Shown piece by piece: positions 48,406 to 60,402 of a stretch of 64,000 nt of DNA; positions within the stretch are counted from its first letter, which is position 1, and each line of letters opens with the position of its first letter. Both the position numbers and the translations under genes were made by a program. The notes beneath the pieces are model-generated. The model was not told the DNA's origin. It did not search any database and saw nothing but the letters and a program-made list of their open reading frames with translations. Source of the stretch: Antedon mediterranea (taxonomy: Eukaryota; Animalia; Echinodermata); NCBI RefSeq assembly GCF_964355755.1, contig NC_092673.1, positions 12,310,948 through 12,374,947 on the forward strand, written 5' to 3'.

Positions 48406-48735
48406 ATGAATTCCTCTAATCTAGTAGTAGCTAGTAGGCATGAGCAATTAACTACTGTTTCTTTAATAATATAAAACACAAATATGCCTCTGGTCTAGGC
48501 CTAGGCTAGTCCAGGTCAGAACATGTGACTAGACCGTATATCCCCTTTATTTTGTATTTAATATTGATAAACCAAGGAGTTAATAAATGCTAGGTTTAAA
48601 TGAAATCTGATGCACAATTTAAAGATATTTAAAGATTTATTTTTGTAAAATTTAACAGTATTTTTTGTTTTTTTAATTATTATTTTTTTATTATTAAAAC
48701 TGCAAAATGAAGTCTGATCTTTTTACATTTTGCAG

Positions 48736-51190
48736 ATATCTGAGTAAAAACACATTTGTACAAAAGGCACTTTATTTTGTAAATGTAATAAATTTGTAGA
48801 GGGAGGCACTAGAGAATTGGCCTTACATTTACGTATATTTCATGAAATTAGAAACTCTGGGGAGGTGATGATATGTAGACAAGATGGCTGTATGAAAAGC
48901 TTTTCCCTAATAAATTCATTTTTAAAACACATCAAACGAAAACACTTGCCAAGACAAGTAAATAATGAGCAACATGAAGTTGCGGAAATGATTGAGGATG
49001 TTCATGAAGCTGATGAATATTATGATGATGATGGCGAATTTGAAAATAATAATGAAAATGTTAATGGACAAGCTGAGGAAGAGTATTTCAATAAATTTGA
49101 TCAAGATTCTTTGCAGAAATTGGCAGTTTCACTACTGTTAACGTTGAAGTCTAAATCAACAGTTCCTTTACCGCAATACAATGTTACAATGTTGTAACTG
49201 ACACAAAAGTAATGTTTCAAGATACCCTTTCAGTTTTACATCAAAAGGTAATCTCACTTTTGAATACTCATGGTATTAACATCGATAGTTATGGTGTTCA
49301 GGAATTATCTGAACAATTTGAATCTTTTAAGGATCCATTTTTGGGTGTGGAAACCTCAAATCACAGTTAATGAAGTATATGTCTGAAAAAAATTAAAAAA
49401 ACGAAATTCCCTTAGGGACACGAATGGACCAGGTCATTGATAGAAAGTCAGGCCAGTACATTTATAAAACGATTACAGAAACATTTCAGTATGTTCCTGT
49501 TCTTAAAGTATTACCTATTATTCTACAAAGGAATGTTTTAGAATTAATAGAAGGAGAGGGAAATGTGCAATGTGGATGTCCTGCTAAATGTCAATATCTC
49601 AAAGGATATCGTGATGGACAACAGTATGATCAGCATGGATTCTTAGTCGAGCATCCAAATGCTTTACGCTTCCAACTTTATTACGATGATGTTGAGGTGG
49701 TTAACCCACTAGGTAGTAAAACATGTATTCAGAAGTTAGGCCTATTTTATTACTGTATTGGAAATATTCCAAGACGATATAATTCTACAATGAGCATCCA
49801 TCTATTAGCTGTGTGTTATACTGCTGATTTGAAAAAATATGGTTTTGATCCAATCTTACAACTTTTCATAAATGAAATGAAACAACTGGAGTGCGACACC
49901 GGTGTTAAAATAACTTTAGATGGAAGAAATACTACAGTTCATGATACATTAGTTTCATTTTGTGGTGACACATTGGCAGCACATGATTTGCTTGGATTCA
50001 TGAATCCAACTGCAAACATGCTTTGTAGGCTTTGCAAAGGTACACGAGATCGTATTCAGACATTTTTTCTAGAAGAAGACTTTGAAGAGGAATATAGAGG
50101 AGCATGATAGGTGTGCTCAAATAGCTCAGAGAAATGGATCAGACCCAACAACATGGATACGAAGACCATGTTTACTTGATAGTTTAAGATGTTTTCACTC
50201 AGTAACTAACTTTAACTTTGACATTATGCATGATATGCTTGAGGGTGTATGCCCGTATGAGGTAAAGTTATTGCTGAACAGATTTATTTAAACCAAGTTC
50301 CTTGTTGCAAAGTCGTTTGAGAAATTTAGATGATCATAAGTTGGTCAAAAAGCCTCTCAAATGTGGTGCCTAATACGTATGCTTCCCCTGCATATTGAGG
50401 ATTGTATCCCACATGGAAATGCTCATTATGAATTTCTTTTGATCCGTTTAGAGTGCACGGACCTGATATATGCACCTGTTCTTAAAAAGACACATGTTGC
50501 TTACCTAAAGTATGTCATATTTGACCATCACATGCTCTTCAAAGATCTTTTCCCCCAAAACAGGTTCATTAATAAACACCACCACATGATCCACTACCCA
50601 TTCTGCATCAGAATGTCCGGCCCTTTGACAGCCATGCAATGTTTGAAATATGAGATGAAGCATGCATTTAGTAAACGGATAGCAAGTGTTAACTGCAATT
50701 TTAAGAATATTTGCAAATCTGTTGCCTGCAAACAACAAACATTACAATGTGTTAAATGGGTCAGTGATGGTTTGCGATCTGAATTTGATTGTTCTAATGG
50801 AAGTATGATTCAAGTAAGCCATCTTGATGGTAGTGAAACAATAGCAGACACCTTGCAAATTGATGTTAACAGTGAGGTTTTTGTGGCAACCAGTGTGTTG
50901 CTGTTTGGTACCCAATATATGCCAGGTTTTTATCTTGTGACTGGTATCAATGATTCAATTTGCAATATTCTTGTGCTGGAACATACACCATCTGGTGTTC
51001 TCACTACAAAAAAGTTTCTCTCGTCATTTCCATGCATTTAGTGTGATCCAGTCAGATACACCTACTTACACAATTGAAACACTTAATACTCTGATAGATT
51101 ATCTTCCATTGACAGGACTAAACTCCCACACTGTACATTCTCCAGTATATTTATGTCCTCGATATTCACTTGTTAACGGATGTCACTGAA
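48736..51190 (+). pseudogene. EnSpm/CACTA-type (metazoan) transposase, copy 2; near full length, frameshifted
   Basis: Two C2H2 fingers (..LALHLRIFH; CRQDGCMKSFSLINSFLKHIKRKH), FQYVP, QLYYDDVEVVNPLGSK..KLGLFYY, GDTLAAHDLLGF..CRLC, DIMHDMLEGV, MWCLIRMLP, KHHHMIHYP..GPL..YEMKH. Confidence 0.85.
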
Positions 51191-51933
51191 ATAAGCAAGC
51201 TTTTTTTTAAGCAACATTTTGGTTTTGTAATTGTTATATATCTGGTGTTGAAGGTTCTGTTGGTTTTAAGGGTTTATGATGTTAATTATGGTTGTTGCTT
51301 TCTTTTATTCCCTGTATTTTCTATCTGAATGTATTTGCTCTTTTCGTAATATTTTATATATATCGTTACTGTCCCCCTATGTTTTGTCACTACATGTGTC
51401 ATGCATGCAACTGTATCATGTAATGTTTTATGCTACTTATTTTTATGTATGTACATTTCAAAACTGAGATGTAATTAGTTCCAATAAAATGATAAAATAA
51501 AATAAAGAGACATGTTGATAATTTTTAGTACAGTGTAGAACATTAATTCTACTACTGAGTGAAAATAAATTTTTGATTATCATATAAATAATCACTTAAT
51601 AATTCAGTGCTTAAAACATTGTAAACAGTGTAAATTAGCAGAAACAATCAGAGAAGAACCTCATTTAAAATAAATCGCAAAACATATTGGGTACGTTTTC
51701 TTTATAATTACACACCACATTTATTGTTGTCTACAGTAGGCCTATAAAGTCATATTTTCATTCAGTTTTAAAGTAATAATAATAATTATAAATGGGGCTT
51801 ATTCAACTATCAACAAATTTCCAAAGGGCATGTTTATAGGAACATTTAAGCTTGTAGAGATAAAATGTACATTGCCATGTACTGTAATAATGCTTTTTTA
51901 AGGATAACAAAGAAGATAACTTTTTTTTTAAAG

Positions 51934-53392
51934 CTAATGATATTGACCTAATGGTCCTGACAACACTTGACGAAAGCGATATGCAATCGCTGGGGATAGA
52001 ATCATTTGGGGCGAGACGTAAGCTGAAAATATTTATTCAAAATTTAGATGAAAACAAAACTAACGCATCAGACTCAGTTTTGGTATGTGATTTGGTATTT
52101 TCGTTACAGATTTTTATTTGTAAAACATTCAACATTATATTTGTTCTCCTATTCATCTCTCAAATCACTTGCTCCTTTTGATCAACTATTGGAATTAATT
52201 TTGTGCTGAATTTCACTGATCAAACTATAAACAAAATATACAGACTAACTTGCAGTAAAACCAACCAATTTTTGGATTTTCCTGGCTAATAATATATTAA
52301 AAGTCACATGGCCCTGTTTATTCTTGCTTTACCAAATTAGTCTTAAAACAGTTCTTTAACCTAATGATCTCTTCATAACTTTTTATTAGAATGTGTCCAC
52401 AAGTAGTACGTCTGAAGAAAATGAATGTCCTAGTACCAAAAGGAGATGTGACAATGTGGTAGGTTGTTAATTTTAGTTTTGTAGGCTTAGCTGGTAAAGA
52501 GCGGTAATGTACAAACATCGTACGCTATCCCTAGTCTGACGTTGTCTCGTTGCTGAATTAATTGTCTTTTTCTCTGTCCTTTTTTTTGGCAGAATTCATT
52601 AATATAAATTGGGAAAGACCCGGTATTTTCGCTGAAAAGTTATGGTTATTTTATATGGGTTTTTTTTCAAGTGTCATTAAGCATGATCGCCTTCGTAAAT
52701 AGTGATAAGTACAGAAGTTGATATTAAGGGAAATAAAACTCTTTCTTACAGTTAATTGACCCTAACCAAATATTAGAAAAACACAAGGAAGGGAAAAAGG
52801 TTGCAGATTTTCTTGCAAGGGGCGGCGTACCATCCATAGCTCAACGGAGGTTAATTGTAAGACTTACAGTCCAAGCATTAATACAAAAACGAGGTGGCGA
52901 TCTGTGAGTATTTTGAACATTCCTTGTAAAATGCAACCCAGATTAAAATGTGTTAATGATTGTTTTCACTTGATTGACTGTACTTTTTATGTTTAATTTT
53001 TCCTCAGGTACCCATCGTCTACTCAAAAATCTCTATTGGCCAAGAAAATTGTTTCTACCTATCCCGTTTGTAGGGACACCACTCCAGGCCTTGAAGGACA
53101 TGTAAACATTATTTTTATTATTATTATTTCAGGGAAATACACCTAAATACACCTCTTAAACAATCACTACAATTTTATTATTATTATTAGTGTTGGATGA
53201 ATTTTCATTACAATTTTATTTGTAGGAGCATTTTTATGATGATGGCAAAGGGTTCATTGAATACAGACTAAAAACTGTAAGAAGTTCAAGGTCAGATGAA
53301 GAGAAAAGGCAATTTCAAGTGAAACCACGGCAGAAACAAAAGTCAGACGATGATGCATGTGATGGTGATTGCAATGTTGAATGTCTGAGAAG
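51934..53392 (+). pseudogene. SAM-domain (SAMD3-like) second gene of the EnSpm element, 4 exons visible, truncated by the Sola2 insertion
   Basis: Exons 51934-52082 (NDIDLMVLTTLDESDMQSLGIESFGARRKL, a SAM domain), 52752-52903, 53008-53101 (YPSSTQKSLLAKKIVSTYP) and 53226-53392 (EHFYDDGKGFIEYRLKTVR) splice in frame at GT-AG sites. Confidence 0.75.
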
Positions 53393-53863
53393 GTATGTAG
53401 GCTACATTTTAATAATCAACCAAGGTTACCAACCAATGCTTTTAACCAACTTGAATGTGATCATAACCATTCTTTAGTGAGATAGCGACCATGCAGTTAC
53501 ATATCGTGGGCTTAGTGCCAAAACTGTCTATGTCCAATTTGAGCAAAAATGAGTTAGACCCTCTATTAGTTATGTTCTTGGATATACTTTCTCTGCCAGA
53601 AGTGTCTAGGTCCACTCCTTTCAAAATAGGGGGCGTTAGACAAAGTAAATTAAGTCTATGTCCTTATATTTATATGATATTGATTTATGCCAGAACTGTC
53701 TATGTGGGACATAGTCAGTTCTGGCATGATTTTTTTGTGGGACATAGACATATCTTTTACATTGGATTCCTGTATGCAGCGGTGGGATCCATGCTGTCTC
53801 TTCCGTATTATCATTTTCAAGTTGTTTCTCACTTTTTTGGTCAATTTTTGTGATTTAAATATC

Positions 53864-56312
53864 ATGACTAAGAGGCTTAGAAGAGGTAAGTTTCAAAGGA
53901 TCAATCGTATAGTTAGTCACATTATAATTGTTGTAAATTAATTAGGTTAGGCCGGGCTTTATAGGCAAGCCTCTCTCCAGGCTAGGCCTAAAGTAGGCCT
54001 AAACTAGGCCTAAACTAGGCCTAACTTTGCTTAGGCCGAGGCCTACTTAGAAGCCTGCACATTTGACAATTTTTATTCATGAGTCACTCAATACATTAAT
54101 AACATAACAGTTTTTAGTAATCCATAAAAAAATATTTATATTTATCTATTTTATTATTTTAAAATAATTGATTCACTCAAATGAATGTGCCCTACTCTAA
54201 GTAGGCCTATTATTGTAGCTATAATACACATATATATTTTTCGTTTCAGATAATGCCTACAATGCGTCTCAGGTCATAGCAATGTTAGACATTGATGACA
54301 GTGATGAGGAAATTGAAGACTCGGATAATGACCCGGATTATGACTAGATGAGGCCGAAGAAAGGTGAAGAAAGATCGTGCAAAGGCCTATTGACAAATCA
54401 AAGTCGTTGAAAATCAACTAGATTCACAGAAGAAGTTAGTGGAGAAGTGGAAAAAAAGGTTTCATAGAATAAAAGAGCAATGGGTTAACGTGCATGATTC
54501 ACCTCGGTCAAAAACCAAAAAGTTGCTGAGGCACTGTTATGTGAACAACGAAGTGAAAAAACAACTCGTTCTGCATCACGTTGTTCTTACTTAGACGCTT
54601 TATGGAACGAGACGACAATAGCCGACAAATGCCTGGTAAAAAGGATACGATAACGAGACGGAAAGTAAAGAAGCAAAAACGTCTACTAAATGACTATCTT
54701 ACCGTGCTGCATGCCAAGTTTTTGTTTGAAAATCCAGAAGTAGAAATGCACTATTCTACATTTTGCAAGTTGAAGCCGTGGTGGGTAGTGAAGCCAACAC
54801 TTAGTGATTTAAACACTTGCATGTGCAAACGCTGCAGTAATATTGATTTGATGAACCAGAAACTTTCTGGTGAAAAACTGGTGACAACTGTAGATGCATC
54901 TATAAACTCCGCTGTTTGTTCTCCCTACAATAAAACATGCATGTACGGAGAATGCGAAACTTGCTTTCACAAGAGAGTAAAGTTTCTAAATACCTATAAG
55001 AAATAAACAGGTTGACTTCCAGCAATGGGTCACTCTGGAAAGACCATACGGTGATGACAAAGTGTCGAAAGTTACTGCTAAAGAAACATTTACGACGACC
55101 TTACATGAACTCTGTGAAAAGTACGAGGGCGACTTGAAACACAGATATATGATCCACAAGTTCAACATATTCCACCAGTATTCAGAGCTTAGAAAGCTAA
55201 AGGCTAACCTCGAAGATAATGCGGTCATTGTGCACATAGATTTTTCTGAAAACTATGGATGCAAATACTCCACCGAGATTCAAAGTGTTCACTTTGGTGG
55301 TTCTCACCAACAAGCGTCATTACACACTGGTGTATATTACACCAAAAATAAATCTCACGCTTTCTGTACTATATCAGATTGTACAAGGCATGATCCGTCC
55401 GGGATTTGGGGTCACTTGGTTCCAATCATGCGCGTTATTAAGAAAACGTTTCCAAAAATAACTGATATTCATTTTGTATCTGATGGACCCACAACCCAAT
55501 ATAGAAACAAAAAGAACTACTGGTTAGGATCAACAATTCCAAAGGATATGGGATTTCTTAATACTACCTGGAATTTTCTGGAAGCGGGCCATGGAAAGGG
55601 GGCACCTGATGGTGTTGGGGGTGTTCTTAAGAGAACGGCGGACTCGCTTGTTGCCCAAGGTCATGATATTCCAAACGCAGATGCACTATAGAAATGCCTC
55701 AAGAAAGTAACAAGCGTGCATCTCCTTCAAGTGACAGAAGAAGACATCACAAAGTTTGATAATCAAATACCAGAACTTATACCGATCAATGGGACAATGA
55801 AAATACATCAGGTCCTGTTCACCGATGATCCTGTGATTGTAGACCACAGAGTGTTGAGTTGCTACTGCAAAATCTGGAATCCTGATAGTGAAGAATGTTT
55901 CACAACAACACGCTCTAGATTAAAACGTGACACTAAAGAGGCTGAAGATGCGACTGACAGACCTGATGAGAATGATATTGAACGTACAGTACCAAACGAG
56001 AGTGAGTCGACTTCAATTCTCCAACCAGTGACGTTCTCCGATGCACAGATTGGAAAATACTGTGTTGTTCTGTACGATGGCGTACCGTTCCCTGGCATCA
56101 TCGAAGATGTTGATTCTGACTCTGTCGAGGTAAATACAATGGCCAGAGTGGGGCAGAATCGATTTTTCTGGCCACTCAGAGAAGACAAAATCTGGTACCA
56201 CTACGACGCCATTATAACATTCATTCCAGTGCCTGAGAAGGTAACAAACAGACATAACCAGATTGTGCCAGTTTTCTGGAATGAGATTCAGAAAAAACTA
56301 AAAATTTTGTGA
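53864..56312 (+). pseudogene. Sola2-type DDD transposase with an intron and a C-terminal Tudor-like domain; stops and a frameshift
   Basis: Exon 53864-53885, intron, then from 54250: MPGKKD..KQKRLL, STFCKLKPWWV..TCMC, HIDFSENY..EIQSVHF..QASLHTGV, SDGPTTQYRNK, WNFLEAGHGKGAPDGVGGVLKR, GKYCVVLYDGVPFPGII..FFWP. Family assigned from remembered motifs. Confidence 0.8.
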
Positions 56313-57314
56313 TGATCTTTGAAGTTTCATAGTTTGATTCAATTACAGAAGCATTTAGGTAATGTTATTGTTGAATAATTGTTTTGTAACTACAGGTAGT
56401 AGTATACTAAACATTGTATTGAGTTGAAAGAAAACTTCTTGTTTAATCAAAAGTCGGTTCGAATATTTTACTTAAATAATTTAACTGATATTTAAAGATG
56501 TATTGTACCCCGGAAAAAATAATTATTTAAATTTTTTTTGTTTAACAGGCCATTTTAATGTCACATAATAATTATCCACTTTGACCAAAAATTAGATCGA
56601 AAAAAATTATTTACCTGAAAAAACTGTAATTTAAAGCAAAAAGCAAAATTGGCTGCCAGCCAATGGATTTTTGGTTGAATGTAACCATTTATTTTGTCAT
56701 TTTATAAGGGAAAACATTTTGTTTTCTTTTTTTCTACGGAAGTGATTAACTTCATTAAAACTACAAAATAACCTATTCAAAGTCTGATTTAATTAATCTT
56801 TTTTCATGTTTTTGGGGGACAATACAAATTTAATGTTGCTTATGAAAACCTTTTGTGCACATGTTTGTTGTTGAATTTTTAGCGTTGGTGTTAATCAATA
56901 ATTGGGGTTACTGTTATTACTGGCATACTGCATTAAGTTTTTTATACTATTATTGATCATTATTTTGAGTAATTTTACCATCGATGAATTGTTTTTTTTT
57001 TATCTACTAACATTTTAGATATTTGCAATATATTTTTTAAAATACAGTACTATATTTGTTTTAATTACAACTTTCTTCATACACCTTTAATGTAATAAGA
57101 TAAACTATAAATGGTGGTTTTTATATACCGTATACATTAATTATATTAGGCATATTGTAGATTACCCATACGTCATATAAAAATAGGTCTAACTAAATCG
57201 AAATATCCAAATAGCAGTAGCATGAAATAAGCCTTAACAATTTATTTTATATTTTTACATTTGATCGCAATTTTACCTCAACATTATGTTGGTCTTAAGT
57301 GCAATTTGTTTTTA

Positions 57315-58897
57315 TTAGGTGATCATTTAGAATAAAATGATCACCTATTGTTATTGTATGAAATCTTTATTCTTCTTATTCTTATTATTTATTTCTCTCT
57401 GTACAGATTTTGTGTAACAAATATCTCAAAAAGTTTAATGTTAATGATTACCAAAATTTCACAATGTCTTTCAAATACGTTAACTTAGTCCTAATAAGCT
57501 TTTCAGCGTGATCACTCATTCGTGACGTCACGTATACGCCATTTTGTGAAATCACATTATCAATCATATCTCCATAATTCATTATCACATATTATTGAAA
57601 ATCACTACACGTAAACTTGAGGTCAAGATAAAAAATATAAGCAAATAAAAACTCGGGCGTTTCAAGGTCATGCGCGTGAAATCGCGCGTTGAAATTTTAA
57701 AAAGCTCAAAATTTAGTTTTTATCAATTTAGAGCATGAAATAGGCCATTTGCGTGTTTCAAAAAATTACTGCGCAAAAACACATTTTTGCGCACGCAATT
57801 TTTAAAAAGGGTAAAAAATAAAATTTGATGTATACATCATATTCTACTCACAATCCTTAGTACATTCTCCGACTTTGAGTCCATTCCGACTTAAAATAAC
57901 GCTATACGAGCACGTTAAAAATGACAAAATGCGCACATTAAATGTACAAAAGTGCTAAAAATGGTAAAAAAATAAGGCCTTTTTAAAATGAATATAACTC
58001 TTCAGAATGGCAGGTGACCCCCAATTGTTTTAACTTATTATGGAAGCCAATAAGTTGTAGATATAAATATATATACATATTAGACGTACAAAATGGTATG
58101 ACGTCATCAAATGGCCACTTGAATTTAAAAATTAGTAATTATTATCTTTTTGTGTGGGTTATCACATTCAATAGAGCGCATCTCCGTTATTTGAGATTAA
58201 TTTTTGCACACATTTTAGTATGTGCTTGCTCAATTAATTATCTTTCTCATAAGTTGTCAACATTTTTATTTTGATGACGTCATTACGCGTAAAAACTTGA
58301 ATAACTTAGGTCGTGTAATTTCAGCTACACCATACATTTGAATATCTTATAGCTCCTCAGAATTAAAGGTGACCTTGAAGATTATAATTTATTATGAAAG
58401 CTGATGAAATGTAGATATGAATTCATATAAAAATTAAGCCTATCGGATGTTGTGATGTTATCATATGGCCAGTTGAAGTTAAAAAGTAGTTTTTAAATTT
58501 CTTTAGTCGAAGTTATACAAATTTCAAAGAGCGCGCATTGCGCTTCTACGTGTCAAATTCTCTTCCAATCCTTATATTTATTTGCTCAATTCATTATCTT
58601 TCGAAATTGTCATCTTCGAGTTTATTTTGATAATTCCATCATACCAAAAAATTTGAACTTGATGTGTGTCCCATAATTTCACCTATGCTACACTGTATAT
58701 AGATATACAGTATATACTGTACATTGTATATGGCATATAATAGGCATAACTCAGCAATATAAGCGTATAATAGGATGGCATACATCAACATTTTCCTATC
58801 GTATGTTAACGTACGTACATGTTTAAAAAAAATTAATTTCATTAAAATGATAAAAATGATCACCTATAATTCGTCAAAGTGACGAATTAAATTCTAG
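57315..58897 (+). mobile_element. Complete HINE/Helentron non-autonomous element (family C, about 1.58 kb)
   Basis: 5' TAGGTGATCATTT-AGAATA-AAATGATCACCTA, a TTC/TTA microsatellite, 3' subTIR AAATGATCACCTA, hairpin AATTCGTCA-AAG-TGACGAATT, then AAATTCTAG|TT. Inserted in a T-run. Confidence 0.88.
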
Positions 58898-59689
58898 TTT
58901 TGTTTTGTATCTTATCGATATAATTACACTGACTCTGGTCAATAAACATACTTTATCGAATATAATTGTCATTTCCGTCACATGATTCTTGAAATATATA
59001 TTATATTTTAACATTTGATCGCAATTTTACCTCAACAATTATGTTGGTCTGACGTGCAATTTGTTTTTATTTTGTTTTGTATATCTTATCGATATAATTA
59101 AGGTACTTACTATTAAATATATTGTCATTTCCGTCACATGATTTTTTGAATTTTGTCATTTCCATCACGGCAAGTCATCTCCGTCACAATGATATTTTAT
59201 CCGTTTAAATCCTAAAATATTTCAGTAATGAACGCAACTATGTGGTAAAATTGAATTATGAACAGTCTTCTTTTGATACTCCGTTATTTAATAATTTTGG
59301 ATTTAAAGAATTGTGTTAAATTGAAATGACAGTTATAATATTTTATGAAAATTACGACTTTATGGAATAGTAAATGGTTTTGAACGTATAACTTTATATT
59401 AATATGTTCAAACAAATTTTTTTTTTCATTAATCGGAAAAAGGAAACTATAGTATTACAGAATTGATAATGTAAATTATTTGATAATTCCAAAACGGTTA
59501 TATTTTCCATCTTTGTTTATTCACAAAATGTGACGGAAATGACAGAATACATTGAAATGTATTTAAAATACAAATAAAATAAAAAATAAATAATAAAGAT
59601 TGCGCCAAACATATGGATGGCATGTAAAACATGTTTAATTATGTAAATAAACATTTGAATTTAAAAAAATGCAAGTTTTAAAATCGATT

Positions 59690-60267
59690 TTGTGTAAACC
59701 TGAAATTAGACACTTACTGAAGAATGACCCTGGTACATATGAGTTTTCTGTTGTCCCAAGAGCTTTATTCGCAGCAGATGGTTCACTGTTTCCTACAATG
59801 TCAAAGAGTGACTTGATGACGATTCTCGAAAAGTTACCAAAAACTATAGAAGTCACTCACAAAATAAATTACTCAACAGAAGAAAACGTTGTCAGGAACT
59901 GTAAACGAGTATGTATTGTCGATGCTATGGCTGATCTGCAATCACTAAGTAAACCAGATAATACTGAATCTTCTTGGATCTATCAGAACATTTCATTGAA
60001 CGACACTGGCAGAAGTATGGTAATTATGATGAGGTGCATTTGGTATTTGACCGATATGATACAGGAGAATCACTCAAAGCTTCAACCCGTACGAGACGGC
60101 TAGGCGGCAATAAAGCTGTAGCTTACCACATTACAGATTCAACTTCAATTGGTACGACCAGTATGCAACGTCTACTTGCTCATGTATCAACGAAAGATGA
60201 ACTGACGACGTATTTAGCTGAAAAAATATTAGACCATGCAGAGAAAAATAAAAAGCATCTTGTATGA
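59690..60267 (+). pseudogene. Fragment of an Academ-type (XPG/PIN-like nuclease region) transposon ORF
   Basis: YEFSVVPRALFAADGSL..KSDLM..VCIVDAMADLQSL..EVHLVFDRY..SLKASTRTRR..LLAHVSTKDELTTYLAEKI. One frameshift. Confidence 0.7.
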
Positions 60268-60402
60268 AAGCAGTTCGCTCCACGAGAGTGAAAAAAGAGT
60301 GACCGCGTGAACCAATTAGAGACGCGTATGCAATTTTGGCGCAATTTTTGTGCTTGACGCGGAAAAAAAATTTTTTCACCACCATCGCGTGACATCTTCA
60401 TC

